From: Phoronis australis
Taxonomy: Eukaryota; Animalia; Phoronida
Length of the DNA stretch: 64,000 nt
Reading direction: 5' to 3'
Assembly: GCA_002633005.1 (NCBI GenBank)
Contig: NMRA01000925.1
Span: 33,457 to 97,456 of the forward strand
In this document: positions 13,501-24,571 of the stretch, piece after piece
How the letters are laid out: each line of letters opens with the position of its first letter
Numbering within the stretch: the stretch's first letter is position 1
The notes under the pieces: model-generated
Told to the model about the DNA's origin: nothing
The model's database searches: none
Seen by the model: the letters and a program-made list of their open reading frames with translations, nothing else
Program-made: the position numbers and the translations under genes

Positions 13501-16500
13501 CAAAACTGAGTTGTTTGTTTGCCATCCAGGTGCATACAGAGCACGTGACTGCTCACGCCCCTACCTTCACAGCAAGGTGTAACCATGCAGTTGGCCGAGG
13601 TGCAAAGTCTGATCCACGGGAACTGAATTTGAACTCCTACCATTGTAGTGAAGCGTGTCGAGTATATTTTTGGGGAACCCTCTATGAGTGTGTCTGTAGG
13701 CAAAGAAGGCGTGCCAAGCATTTCACATTTATTTTATATTTGTTTTGAAAAACAATACGTTTTGTTTACCCTCAGATTTGGTATGACCCAGAGGACGTAT
13801 ACAAAGCCTGGGACTATTTCATAAGAGCTGCATCTTCTGAGAATTCATTGACTGCAAGCTCGCTGTTCCAGTGAGTAATGATTCGTCATGCAACAATAGG
13901 TGGCACTGCTTCTAACATGTGATGTAGCCACAAGATGGTATCAGTATTATGCCCAGAGACCCTGGTTTTCCACAATAAGAGGAATCAGGGTCTGTTTCAT
14001 GAAAGTGAATTAAGACTTGAGACAAAAATTTGTTCTTAAGCTTCCGCATCACAGTTACAAATTAAAGGTTTAGTCACGTTATGTTTAGTAAAACACAGAC
14101 TAGAAATAATTGATGCAAATTATGTCTCACTGCTAGAAACAATGGGTATATTCTAAGAGACTGTTCATGTATTTTGACTTTTGAGGCTCACTTTTTCTTC
14201 ATCTTTTCATTTTGTAAGAGGGTTGCTTTGTCGTACATGCACCGAAAGCACGTGCCAGTGGACCCCTGTTTTCAACTTTCAACTTAGGTGCACTCAAGTG
14301 TCTAATGTTGTTTTCTGTGACACTGTTTACATGTCACCAAGTTATCTGTGATGTCACCGCATATTTACGAGCCAACAACTGTCCCACAATGCATTTGAAA
14401 AATAGCATCAGCACTACCAAGAGAGTGGGATTTGCAGTAGATGAAATGTTAGCTTTAAATTACTTAGTAAGTTACAAATTCCCATCATCTTTGGGAGACA
14501 TTTTCTCGCGCCAGTTACTGTTCCCATGACGTGTATTAATTGTCGTGGCAACAACTGAATCCGTTGTAAATGGCCAAGGCTAACATCTTGTTTTAACGTT
14601 CACTTTCATTGAGCAAACACAAGTGACAGACACAAATTGTGTTTGATAGAGTTTGGCATTGTCTTTGTTCAGTGAATGAGAATGCTCTTCCAAGATGCAG
14701 TCCTATTTGCAGGCAGTTTGTGTCACTCTGTTGTTAATTGGAGAGTAAAAACATGGCAGGGGAACAGTAATTAGCATGGAAAAAACATTTTTCCAAGATA
14801 ACCACTTATCCATATTTTGGTAAAGGTATTCTTAAAAGTACTATTTTCATCTTTATGTCCTGTTTTGGTGCCTTGGTGGCTTTAAGGCCGCCACAGGAGA
14901 ATACTTCTGTCATGGATTCTGTGCTTGTTGGTTATGCAGAATTTTATGGAAGGCTATGGTAACTCATTTCACTCTCAGTAGATCTTCTCTGTGTCTCTCT
15001 TGATCTTCCTTTTTTATCTGAGCTTCACACGAATTGTCTGTTCCGGTATTTAGATAATGGGTAGGCTTTAACTTGTTACATTATTTGTCCATCGGGTTAA
15101 TGCCCTGTATTGGCGAAATGCCCAACTCATTACTGAACAGCTCAACATTCTTCATCAAGGGAGTTGTTTGACTGTGCAATGGTGGATGTTATTTTAAAAT
15201 CTAACACGGAGACCAGGGGCCCATCCAAGAAAACTGACTTATCTTAAATTTCAGTCAATTTTAAGATAAAACTTAAATTTGTCTTAAGTCCATTTCAAGA
15301 AAGAGATTTTAAGTTTGACTTTAGTTTTTACTTAAGTTTTGTCTTAATTTTGACTATTTTACAGGATGTGGAAGTTTCAAAGTTTTGGAAGTTGAGACAA
15401 ATCATGGACATAAGTCAATAATGAACTTAAGCTAGATTCTTTGAACGGGCCCCAGAATTATAAGTGGCAGAGAAGTAACCATACTGTAATGTATTATGGT
15501 ATAATCCTTGTCTTACTTAACACACAGTATGGCAGAGAAGGGAAATTTATTTTGTCATCATAAATAAAGATTATGAATATGTAAATCTTAAACCGGCGTG
15601 GAAGTATAGATCATAAAGTTAACATTTTTAAGTCTGGTCACTTTATGTGGCCAAAAGGTGGCGTGCAGACCAGATTTAAAAATGGTTGCATTTTAATCTG
15701 TTGTTAGCTTAGTTTTACTCTGCAGATGTCATAAAACTTGATCAAAGTTTCCATTGTTTACAGGTAGATTAGCAAAAAATGACAATTTTGCGAATATTTT
15801 TCGAGCAAAAGAAATCAATAATTGCCGTATACTGTATTGTGGCAACTGAAGTTTGAATACTCTTTGCTTTGATGTATACCTGTTTTGAAGCTGTGGGAAT
15901 TCATGTCGACATAAGACGAGGAATACTATCAAATGTTAAATATTGCATAACGACCTTTCCCAATCACTCTAGAGACCCTATTCTTTAATTTGTCTGAATG
16001 CACATGTGGTATAAGATGCGTGAAATATGCGTGATTTACCGTTAATTAATATTTAAAACTCTTGTCATTATGTGTGTTACAGGCATGATTTGATTGATGT
16101 TACCAGACAGTGTCTACAGTTGCTGGGTTACGATATGTACAAAGTCATTGTCAAGGCTTACAACACAAAGAATCTGAAAGCCCTTGCGTGAGTAAAAATG
16201 TAAAGCATTGAGAGAAGTTTGGCTTGTGACTATGGGCCCCGTTCCAAGAAACTTACATAAGTTCATTTTTTACTTAAGTCTAAGAATTTTCCAAATAGTT
16301 GATCATTAAGTTAAACATACTTTTGCAGCCATGGTTATCATTTCCCATGGAATGTAGGGTTCTCCCAAAATGAACAGTGTCGGGAACTGTCAGACTGTCA
16401 AAAAACGAGCCTTTGTGGGTGTTTGCAGTCAATTATCATGTCATTCAGTTGGTTTAGATACTAGGCATTTTCATGTTGTTTTTAGGAATTTATTTGCGTC

Positions 16501-18098
16501 TTGGCAAACACTCATCACAGACTATTTTATGAGATGCGTTTTCCGTTATTAGCTAGGCCTTGTTTCAGAACATTATGTCCGAGCTTATCTTCTGTGTGCC
16601 AGATAGGTAAATAATGCGTCTTTTCTAATATTTACCTTTGAGCTTATAGTTAGAATTCCTTATAGTAAAAAAAATCTTTTTGCACCTGTATAGTCTTTTT
16701 AAAATGTCCTAATATAATTATGCTTTCTTGCGCTTTCTGGGCTTATCTCCAATTATTGTACATTATGTTTTTCATAAAGAAAGTTCTTTTAAGAACGTGT
16801 TATTTGTTATGGTTTTAATTAAATAATGTGAGCACAGCCCCAGAAATTGATTTAAAAAATTTGCATTACGGTATATCCTGGTTCTCACTGACCCCCTTGC
16901 ACACGTTCACTAGTAAGACCGAGCTCAGAGAAATAGGAGACACCTTTGTGCAATGCTGGAATGTCAGCCAGTGAAGCCAGGATTTGAACCCAGGTCTCTC
17001 ATGGGGGAGTCCAGAGCTCTAACCACAGAGCCACACTGTCTTCTCTGTGTTATGGTCAACTGCAGTGTTGTAACAGCAGAATTTTGACTGTGGAGTTGGT
17101 ATTGGCCAGCTCAATTCTCGTTCGTCTGATTTCACATGTTGTTCCTTTGCCAATGAAACGAAATGAAAAACTTATAGAGAAATCCTGCTCCATTTCAGTG
17201 ACATCACTACGAGATTTCTTGAACTTCTTGGAGATGTGGAGGACATTCTGGCGAGTGGGGAAAATTTCCTGCTTGGAAAATGGCTGGCAAATGCGAAGGC
17301 ATGGGGAAGAAACGAAATGGAACGACGTCAGTACGAGTACAACGCTCGCATGCAGATAACACTCTGGGGTCCAGACGGAGAGGTACATTGAGACAGTATT
17401 CACAAGTTTTTTATCAATCAGTTTATCGACAATAGTAGACCAGGTTTATGTAAAACGGTTTGAAAATACTCTTCGTTTGGGTGGTCTGTTTGCTCATTCC
17501 ACTAAAGCTGCTTCAGTTTATGACACAAGTCAAAAATAACTTTCTGGAAATTTTTACTTTAAGTTTGTTTTTATGCGCCACATATTTATATGTTGGTGCA
17601 TATTGTCGTCATCTCTGTCTGGGTGTCCAGCGTCCGCTGCTGTATCTTTTAAATCCCTTGCAGGATTGTAAGGAAATTTGGCATGTGTGTTCCTATGGTG
17701 CTCATGATGGATGACGACAAGTTTCAGACCGATCTGAATACCCCTGTGCCCCCCTAGTGACAATTTTAGTTTTTTACTTTTGCCTCTATTTTCGGAGTTC
17801 TTTATGGATTTTCATGAAATTCGGCTAATGGGTTTTTAATAAGAAGGCGATAATTTCAGTCCATTTGCTGATGGATTTTACACCACCTTGTGGCCATTTT
17901 TTGTTATTTTTGCGTCCATTTCCTTCCGTTGACCTCTCTATCTGCCACGCCGCTCAAAGGATCATTATGAAAATGTATAGGTGTGTTCCTGATGGGATAA
18001 GTCCATTATCGTCGTTTCCATCATCACCTCCCTTATCATCGTTGTCATCATTATTGTCATCATCTCCACTATCATCATTACCTCTAACATCATCGCTT

Positions 18099-18135
<37 letters not shown>

Positions 18136-21100
18136 CCAAGTCATATTCTTTGTGGCCATCATCATATTCACAACCACCACCATCATGGACATCATCACTT
18201 TCTTCACCTTCATCTGTTCATAAAATCGTCTTCATCATGACCATCATCACCATCATTTTGATTGTTGGCTTCCCTCTTAGTTGCAGTCGTATGTTACATC
18301 CTGTCGTTGAGAACTGGTCTTGACTGGACAATATAGTCCGACTATCAGTTGTGTGATTTTCTTTTGAGGATGTTTTATGTAAACGAAAAGTCTTAAATAA
18401 GGCGAATTTCATGAGACACAATCGAGTACTTACAATAAATTGAACGTTTTTGTCCTTCGATGGCTGTCATCTTCCTCATTATGATGGTTAGGTGAACTTG
18501 CAATCACGTGATGAAGTTGCCGCCTTGGGTTACGTAATGCCATGTCATCAAGAGAGGGTACTGACCTATGTTATGATTAATGGCCTTGTTGCCCAGTTTC
18601 CTTATAGATAGGCTTAAGTTTTTTCTCTGTGTATCTCTATATTTTGGCCTATTTATTCGTAGCAAATTGAATCTCTCTGTTTTTATAGATCGTTGATTAC
18701 GCTGCCAAGCAGTGGTCTGGTATGGTTAAAAGGTAAGACTTTCTCATTTTGATAGATTCAGATTTTTAACCCTTAGTTAACCATGATCCCAACATGCATT
18801 ATGGGCGCTTAGAGAATTTGATTTAAAAATCCCTTTTTTGCTTGCTTATGGCATGAATTGAATTTCCTCAAGCGAAAAAATAATAGTTAGCAGTGATGTC
18901 AATGAAGATTTAACACCCGTTGCAGCACCACCTGTTGGTTGGGTCATGTTTTGAGGTAGAACCATTTGTTTTGGTTAACATTCCTGATAAGAAAACGCAC
19001 CAAATCGAGTTCATTTATTGCTTCAGCAGGAAGATTCTCTGCCACTAATTTGACTTATTCCAGCTTGAAGTTTGCAATTCCGGCTTGACGTAATTAGCAC
19101 CGAGTGGGTCTTTAAGAAAGGGGACAGCTTGGTCAAATGTCAAAGTTAAGAAAGGAACAGGTTTTCAAGGATGCTTTAAATGCAGATTGGTCTGAATGGC
19201 TGGTACATCTTAGATGATACACGGTGCACTTTCCAGTTACACCTTTTCTGACCTTTTGACCTTTGCTACTTATTAAAGGGACATTACACTCGTATTTTCT
19301 GCCTCAAAACAAGTTTCGATTTGGGCCACTTACTGTATTATAAAGTTGTTCTTGTCTTGATGTTTCTTAATCAGTTTAGAAGTGATTTCTGAGCTCAGAA
19401 AGAAGTGACAGTTCCTTATTTCTTCGTGCCAAGCTAATGACATTGCTGGTCACACCGTGACATGAACTTTTATGAACTGGGTCTGAATAGTGAATTGCAG
19501 TTCTTTCCAACTCCAGAAATCACCAAGGAACAATTTGAGACCACTCGTAAACTGTTAGTTACCCAAATTGGAACTTGTTTTTTGATGGAAAGCATAGGTT
19601 TATTGTCGCTTTAAATATTACTGTGAAGCCCCACTAACACTGCTTGTATGTTTCAGTTACTACAAACCACGATGGAAGCTGTTCTTTACAATGTTGACGT
19701 TGTCTTTAATCAAGGTATGTCATCTTAATTATGCATCATGTGTTGTTAGTTTAATGCACATCACAGAAGGCAGCTTCCATCTAGCATCTAGCTGCACAGC
19801 AATGCTCTCATTTTGTGAGGTCACACGCTGATGTAGAATGTGTTCTCATTATGTTATCGGAATAGATTTAATGCAAAAAGTTGGTCACCAAGGCTGCGAG
19901 CAACTTTAGCTTATGGAACGGAATCAATGAATTCTGTCCCATAATTCAACATTCTAACCTCACTGACCAATCACTTGAATTAATGGCGGCCATTTTGCTA
20001 AGGCTCCGAGCATACTCTCGAAACACTCGCCTTTCACTCGCATGATTCTTCACGGTGTTGCTTGATTTTCGCTATATTCTTGCATGTACAGAAGACATCC
20101 CATCATGCAAGTGGTTGTGGGTGTCATTTGACTGTTGAAATGCTTGCAGTTATTTTGGCAAGATGGTTGCCACACTAGCGCCTCACAGTGAGTCTCCAAC
20201 TTTCCATTCGCCGGTGTTGTACGAGTAAAAATTTTTATTTTATCGTTGAGCAGTTTTCCTACATAAGCATTTATACACCACTTGAGTGAATTTCCTAATC
20301 TCATTTCTTTCTAAATCATGGACAAGACCCAAATTTGAGGAAAATTGCAATTTTTTAGTGTCTGAAATTTGAGATATTGTACCTGAGTTTTTGATTGGCT
20401 AGTTAATTTCCATTTTTCCATTTTTCTATTTGACATTCCAGGAAGTTCCATTCAACCAGACTGAATTTAACCAGGCAGCATTCTCTACTGTTGAGCAGCC
20501 ATTTGTCCTTAACAGATCAGCATATCCAGTGACACCTATTGGTAAGTACAGAAGGCGTCTTAGCCCTCCTGTGTGCCATTGTATGACAGATCATACCCTG
20601 GGGATGGTTAAGGTGGTCAAACACAACGCTGCACTCTCTGACTGCAACTGACCAACGTGACTGTTGCTCATATGTACACTTTTGGCCCATTTTCACAAAT
20701 CAGTTTTAAAGAGGCAATGAACCCATGCCTTCTGCCAAATACCAGCTTTGGCATGTTGTTCCAGATTAGACATGATCTCTGGGCTCGAGAGGAACTCTTG
20801 GGCTGTTATTGTATCAGACCAGACCCATGTACTTGTTAGTCACCGTGGCTTAGTTTCAGTCGCCAACACAGTACGACCTTCAGGGGAATTCCTGGCAATT
20901 TATTGTATAAATTTTCAACGCAAATGCAATCAGGACGCTGCTTTGGAAAAGCATTACTAGACCTGTGAACAAAGTTGGTGCTTTTGTCTCCACGGTTTAT
21001 ACCAGCTTTAATGAAGTGTTTGTTAGTAACATTTTTCAAGACCATCTGGCTAAGACCAGGCATACAACCATTGAGGTAACGATGCCTGGGGAGCACGGTA

Positions 21101-24100
21101 CTCCACCATTTATTACTCACAAAATTTAATCATTTGTCAAATTTCTTTTTTGATTTCACAAATTGTCTTGTTTTTCTATGACTGTTTTTATAACAGAAAT
21201 ACGAGTTTAACCTCATGTTGTGCTGAAGAAATTCTTCATCCATTTAGCACTCAGTTTGGGGAAAGATGGAAATTTACTTTGTCAAATTTCTCCTGCAAAA
21301 AGCATTAAGAAAATTCTACTTCACTAGCAGTGTGCTTTGTGCTGTGTGGATGTCATAAACCAGCAATGGACACATCCTGGAGCACCTCAGCGCCCTCTAT
21401 CTGTCTAATTCTGTAATGTTTATTCACCATGTTGTGCATGTATAGGTCACATGTCCTACATTTGTACACTGCTGGCATGCTAATCATTATTTTGCATTAA
21501 GATTTCCGTTTGCCATTCTGATGCGAATAAAGTTTTACTGTTGCATAGCGCGCTTCAAAACGTACATACCGTAACAAATTGAAAGGTTAGTGTCAGGCAT
21601 AGATCATCCCCCACTTATCTGGCTTGGCTAAGAAGTGTGTTAATGGCCCTACCTTGTTGTAACTAGGCCAATCGTACAATGCGATTTTCTACCTCTGCTT
21701 TTATTAATATTTGTATTGTTTATTTATTTATTTATTCGTGTAAGCAAGCTTCTGGCTGATATTACAATATCTAGTAAGTTTAATCTGAATAAAAAAATGT
21801 GCAGTCAACAAAATCTAGATGTGCATTCTGATAAAATATTGATCATTTGTGGGTGCCTGGCTGTGACAGCCATGTCAGTGTGTTTTGTGGTCTTAGTTTT
21901 GTAAAGTGCTTAACTGTTCCTCACCAATGCATTAACAGTGGTATCAGGGTTTAGTAATTAGAATACTAGGGATAATAACTAAGCAAATACTGCTGTATAA
22001 TGCCTTGTCATATTGAAGTGTGAACTCTCATGAATGGTGTGACAAAGGGATGCTATCAGAAACAGTGTTATTGTGTAGTCACTTCAGAATACTTTTAAAC
22101 CGCCTCCAAATCCGTCGTCATCAGACCACTTACCAGTATGAATTTGTTCCAAAAATTGTTCTTTAGAGGTGGTTTCAGAGCTTCAAAGAACTTGCAGTTC
22201 GTTGTTTCTCGAGGCCACGCTCTAGAAGTTGGCTTGTCACTGTGTGTCGTTTTATGTGTGTGGTCTCGAGAACTAACGAGCTGCCAGTTCTTTGCAAACT
22301 CAAGAATCATTTCTTATCTGAAAAAGCAATGAGTTAAGACCAGTTTTAAATTGATAAATTGTCTGAACCAAACGTTCACTTTTTGGACGCAATGCGAGGT
22401 TGTAACGACTTTTAGTATTTTAATACTAAAATGAACATTATAAAAATATTCATTTCTTATTTATTGTGTGTTTGTCTAAGGCTGTTTTGAAAGACCAACC
22501 AAATCAATGTTGTGGCTTAATAGCTGGCAACAGTCGTGATACTTCAAATGTATTAAACGTCTCGTTTAAAATGAATTTAATATTTGGTTTGTGTTTTTAG
22601 TCCACCTTTCTTGAACCTTATTATTCCTACATTATGTACTTTATTATATATCCTGCTTGTTTAAATTTGTTTAGTGACAAGGTTTCTGAAACTGTCATTT
22701 AACTTAACACTCTTGTTCTTTATTCAAGATTTTAGTAACTCGAGTAAATATTGACTGTTTTGAATTGCAAATTTTTTTCTTGTGGACTTGATCCACTACT
22801 CAAGGTGTCCATGATTTCCGTTGTAGTAAACGTTTGCTTTCCAAAGTTTACCAAGAATCGAGTTACAGGATAACGATTGGTAAAGTTCTTGTAGTGGAAA
22901 TTGTTGCCGGTGTTGTTTATGAGGAAATTTATACGAAGTCGCAGACAATGTAAAATTCACTGTATCTTGCCTTTTGTTTTCATTCAATGTGGTATTTATT
23001 CAGTTATTTCGCGCAAAACCAACTGCTAAAACTGCCTTTTGTTTGAAGTTTTTAAAAGCTGACTACTTTCTTATCGTAATTTATAGAATGTTGATTTGTG
23101 ATCGCTGCTCAGCACAAACCGTGTAACTAATTCAGGAAATTTTTTTTCTTGACAAATTTGACAAAAATAAATTCTACTCGCTTTTGTCATATTTTGTGCT
23201 AAAATTCTAGAGCACGCCTTCATGGAATAGTTCTGCAGTAAATCCAAAATTTGATGTAGATTTTTATGCAGTATCAGCCCTTGTAGGTGCATAAAAATCT
23301 TCATATTCATTGACCGTTTTTACTGCTTGAATTAAGATTAGGAATTATGATATATTTAATTTTGTACTGTTGGCTCCTATTTTTTACTACGGATGGGCCA
23401 CATGGCACCCACGTCTATAATTCTGGAATGGACATTAGAAGGTGAAAATATGCAGCATTAGGTGGTAATTTAACACTAGTGCAGACTCATTACCGAGCAT
23501 TAAATGAGCAGTACTGCTAGGGTTGTGATGCCCAGTTTTGATCTGTGCATGCAGCGGAACATTTTGTTATCACGCTTCACAAACAACGAACGAAAGCTAT
23601 TTAAAAAAATTATTGCCTGAATACTCTTACAAAGTATTCAAAATATTGTAGTAACCACAGTCATAACACAGTGCTCCTTATCATGAGAACTAACTAAGTG
23701 GACATAAGCCCACGTTCTGCTCAAGAAGCAAACTATTGTCTTGGACCGCTTTCTGTAGATGAGAATTGATTTCTGGCATTTGTAAAGAACTGACAGTTCA
23801 TTATTCACGGCGCATAAAATGACACGACATGACAAACCAACTAGTAAAGCCTGGTCTCAGCCTATAATGAGCCGTTTTACATGAGAAAAAGTTGTCACTG
23901 TGTGAGATGTCACAGTGGGACTTACTCCACTTAAGTTGCATTTGCACGACATTAGATCGCAAACTAGATCAGCTGGAGTCGTTTGCGCAGAGACTGTCTG
24001 CGCGTGCTCTCATAAACAATAACGAACGTCCAAATAACACGGAATGCCAGCGAATCACCTGTATATATATGCTATTGCGTAAACGCATTGAAAGATTGAA

Positions 24101-24571
24101 ATATGATCCCTTTCTGCCCTGCCCCAGTTGTGTTTAGACGTATAGTTAAAACTGGGACAACTGATAGAGTGCAACTCGCTCTAACTCTCAAACCGGTGTC
24201 AAAATGGCCGCTGCAGTGCCATCTTGCTCCATGTCGGTCGTGTTTACACACACACTTGCTCCCGATCACCTGTTTCGTGTTAGTTGCTCTGGGACAGTTG
24301 TCTCCCATTTAAATGCAGCTATTATGGAACTATTGCCTTATCGTTGGTATGATTTGTTACCATGCAATAATTTTCAGCAGTGATACAGTAATCTACCAAC
24401 AATGGAGAAGAGTGTTGCTTGGAATTTTTTGTCTGAATTTTTTATAATATTTTATTCAAAGATGACTGTGTTGTGAGGATTTTGTTGATTTCGGGATTGT
24501 TTTTCATTACAGGCAACCCTTGGAAGATTTCGTCTTACCTTCATGCTAAATACAGAAGTAAACATGGTTGA
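1383..24571 (+). CDS. NAGLU: alpha-N-acetylglucosaminidase (GH89), multi-exon gene, about 746 aa
   Basis: Joined segments 1383-1562, 3174-3358, 3410-3628, 4053-4214, 5306-5371, 6567-6630, 7050-7120, 7811-7970, 9061-9210, 9867-10006, 11611-11683, 12954-13079, 13776-13870, 16083-16187, 17199-17382, 18689-18732, 19657-19714, 20442-20541, 24513-24571 total 2241 nt with consistent phases. All introns are GT-AG except the junction at the N (3398). Motifs: signal peptide, [31 protein letters not shown] and GLTPEGI (the two GH89 catalytic Glu), [16 protein letters not shown]. Confidence 0.95.
3174..3628 (+). CDS. NAGLU: NAGLU exons 2-3 (3174-3358 and about 3410-3628; junction spans an N)
   Basis: TAG acceptor at 3171-3173; [49 protein letters not shown]; GTTGGT donor. 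Confidence 0.9.
4053..4214 (+). CDS. NAGLU: NAGLU exon 4
   Basis: QTMGNIHG...[26 protein letters not shown]; AG/GT boundaries. Confidence 0.93.
4496..4659. mobile_element. Tc1/mariner-type MITE remnant
   Basis: TA|CCGTATTATTGCC...GGCAATACAG|TA. Confidence 0.45.
5306..5371 (+). CDS. NAGLU: NAGLU exon 5
   Basis: [21 protein letters not shown]; TGCAG/GTATGT. Confidence 0.9.
5880..6012. repeat. (CAGTA)n pentanucleotide microsatellite
   Basis: Direct reading. Confidence 0.95.
6567..6630 (+). CDS. NAGLU: NAGLU exon 6
   Basis: [21 protein letters not shown]; CGCAG/GTGAGT. Confidence 0.9.
7050..7120 (+). CDS. NAGLU: NAGLU exon 7 (catalytic DSFNEM)
   Basis: [23 protein letters not shown]; TATAG/GTAAGT. 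Confidence 0.92.
7811..7970 (+). CDS. NAGLU: NAGLU exon 8
   Basis: AVYESM...[10 protein letters not shown]...VTSVPL; CCAG/GTAGGT. Confidence 0.92.
9061..9210 (+). CDS. NAGLU: NAGLU exon 9
   Basis: [11 protein letters not shown]...[16 protein letters not shown]; GTAG/GTGAGC. Confidence 0.93.
9867..10006 (+). CDS. NAGLU: NAGLU exon 10 (catalytic GLTPEGI)
   Basis: GPFEAV...[26 protein letters not shown]; TTTAG/GTAGGC. Confidence 0.93.
10714..11199. mobile_element. hAT-like MITE with 6-bp TSD
   Basis: TIR CAGGGCTTGGAAT/ATTCCAAGCCCTG, TSD GTAATG on both sides, subterminal TTTCCGC repeats, CpG-rich. Confidence 0.85.
11611..11683 (+). CDS. NAGLU: NAGLU exon 11
   Basis: LVNYAKRRY...KAWTLLQ; GTAG/GTTAGT. 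Confidence 0.9.
12067..12222. mobile_element. hAT-like mini-element with 5-bp TSD
   Basis: CTGGGGCGGATCCAG...TAAATCTGCCACTG termini, CTATG on both sides; related remnant near 39550-39590. Confidence 0.7.
12954..13079 (+). CDS. NAGLU: NAGLU exon 12
   Basis: RSVYN...LVTRPTL; TTCAG/GTAAGT. Confidence 0.87.
13776..13870 (+). CDS. NAGLU: NAGLU exon 13
   Basis: [16 protein letters not shown]; CTCAG/GTGAGT. Confidence 0.9.
15217..15452. mobile_element. PIF/Harbinger-type MITE
   Basis: GGGCCCATCCAAGAA...TTCTTTGAACGGGCCC, 3-bp TSD CAG, internal CTTAAG repeats. Confidence 0.8.
16083..16187 (+). CDS. NAGLU: NAGLU exon 14
   Basis: [12 protein letters not shown]; ACAG/GTGAGT. Confidence 0.9.
16860..17035 (-). 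mobile_element. tRNA-derived SINE
   Basis: Minus strand GTGGCTCTGTGGTTAGAGC (A box)...GGTTCAAATCC (B box); 3' end approximate. Confidence 0.6.
17199..17382 (+). CDS. NAGLU: NAGLU exon 15
   Basis: [14 protein letters not shown]...[17 protein letters not shown]; TTCAG/GTACAT. Confidence 0.93.
17570..17990 (+). mobile_element. Helentron-associated (HINE/DINE-like) repeat; second copy at about 59080-59630
   Basis: TTTTATGCGCCACATATTTATATGTTGGTGCAT 5' hairpin, and shared GTCATC...TCTGGG and CCCCC...CAATTTT blocks in both copies. Family assignment is inferred and ends are approximate. Confidence 0.5.
18005..18256. repeat. (CAT)n microsatellite / low-complexity tract
   Basis: Pure CAT run at about 18101-18135 with degenerate flanks. 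Confidence 0.9.
18689..18732 (+). CDS. NAGLU: NAGLU exon 16
   Basis: [14 protein letters not shown]; TATAG/GTAAGA. Confidence 0.92.
19277..19610. mobile_element. Kolobok-like non-autonomous element
   Basis: TTAA|AGGGACATTA...TATTGTCGCT|TTAA. Confidence 0.6.
19657..19714 (+). CDS. NAGLU: NAGLU exon 17
   Basis: [10 protein letters not shown]; TTCAG/GTATGT. Confidence 0.9.
20442..20541 (+). CDS. NAGLU: NAGLU exon 18
   Basis: [10 protein letters not shown]...VEQPFV...YPVTPIG; CCAG/GTAAGT. Confidence 0.9.
24513..24571 (+). CDS. NAGLU: NAGLU terminal coding exon 19
   Basis: TTTTCATTACAG acceptor, phase 1, [19 protein letters not shown], which resembles the NAGLU C-terminal G-D/N-x8-9-KY helix. 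Confidence 0.8.

Noticed and set aside
17865-18323. Poly-Ile/Ser and poly-Met/Asp ORFs
   Set aside because: Translation of (CAT)n low-complexity DNA in a NAGLU intron
20884-20960. Alternative NAGLU last exon (GEFLAIYC...KHY*)
   Set aside because: Phase-compatible, but it has a weak pyrimidine tract and a poorer fit than 24513-24571
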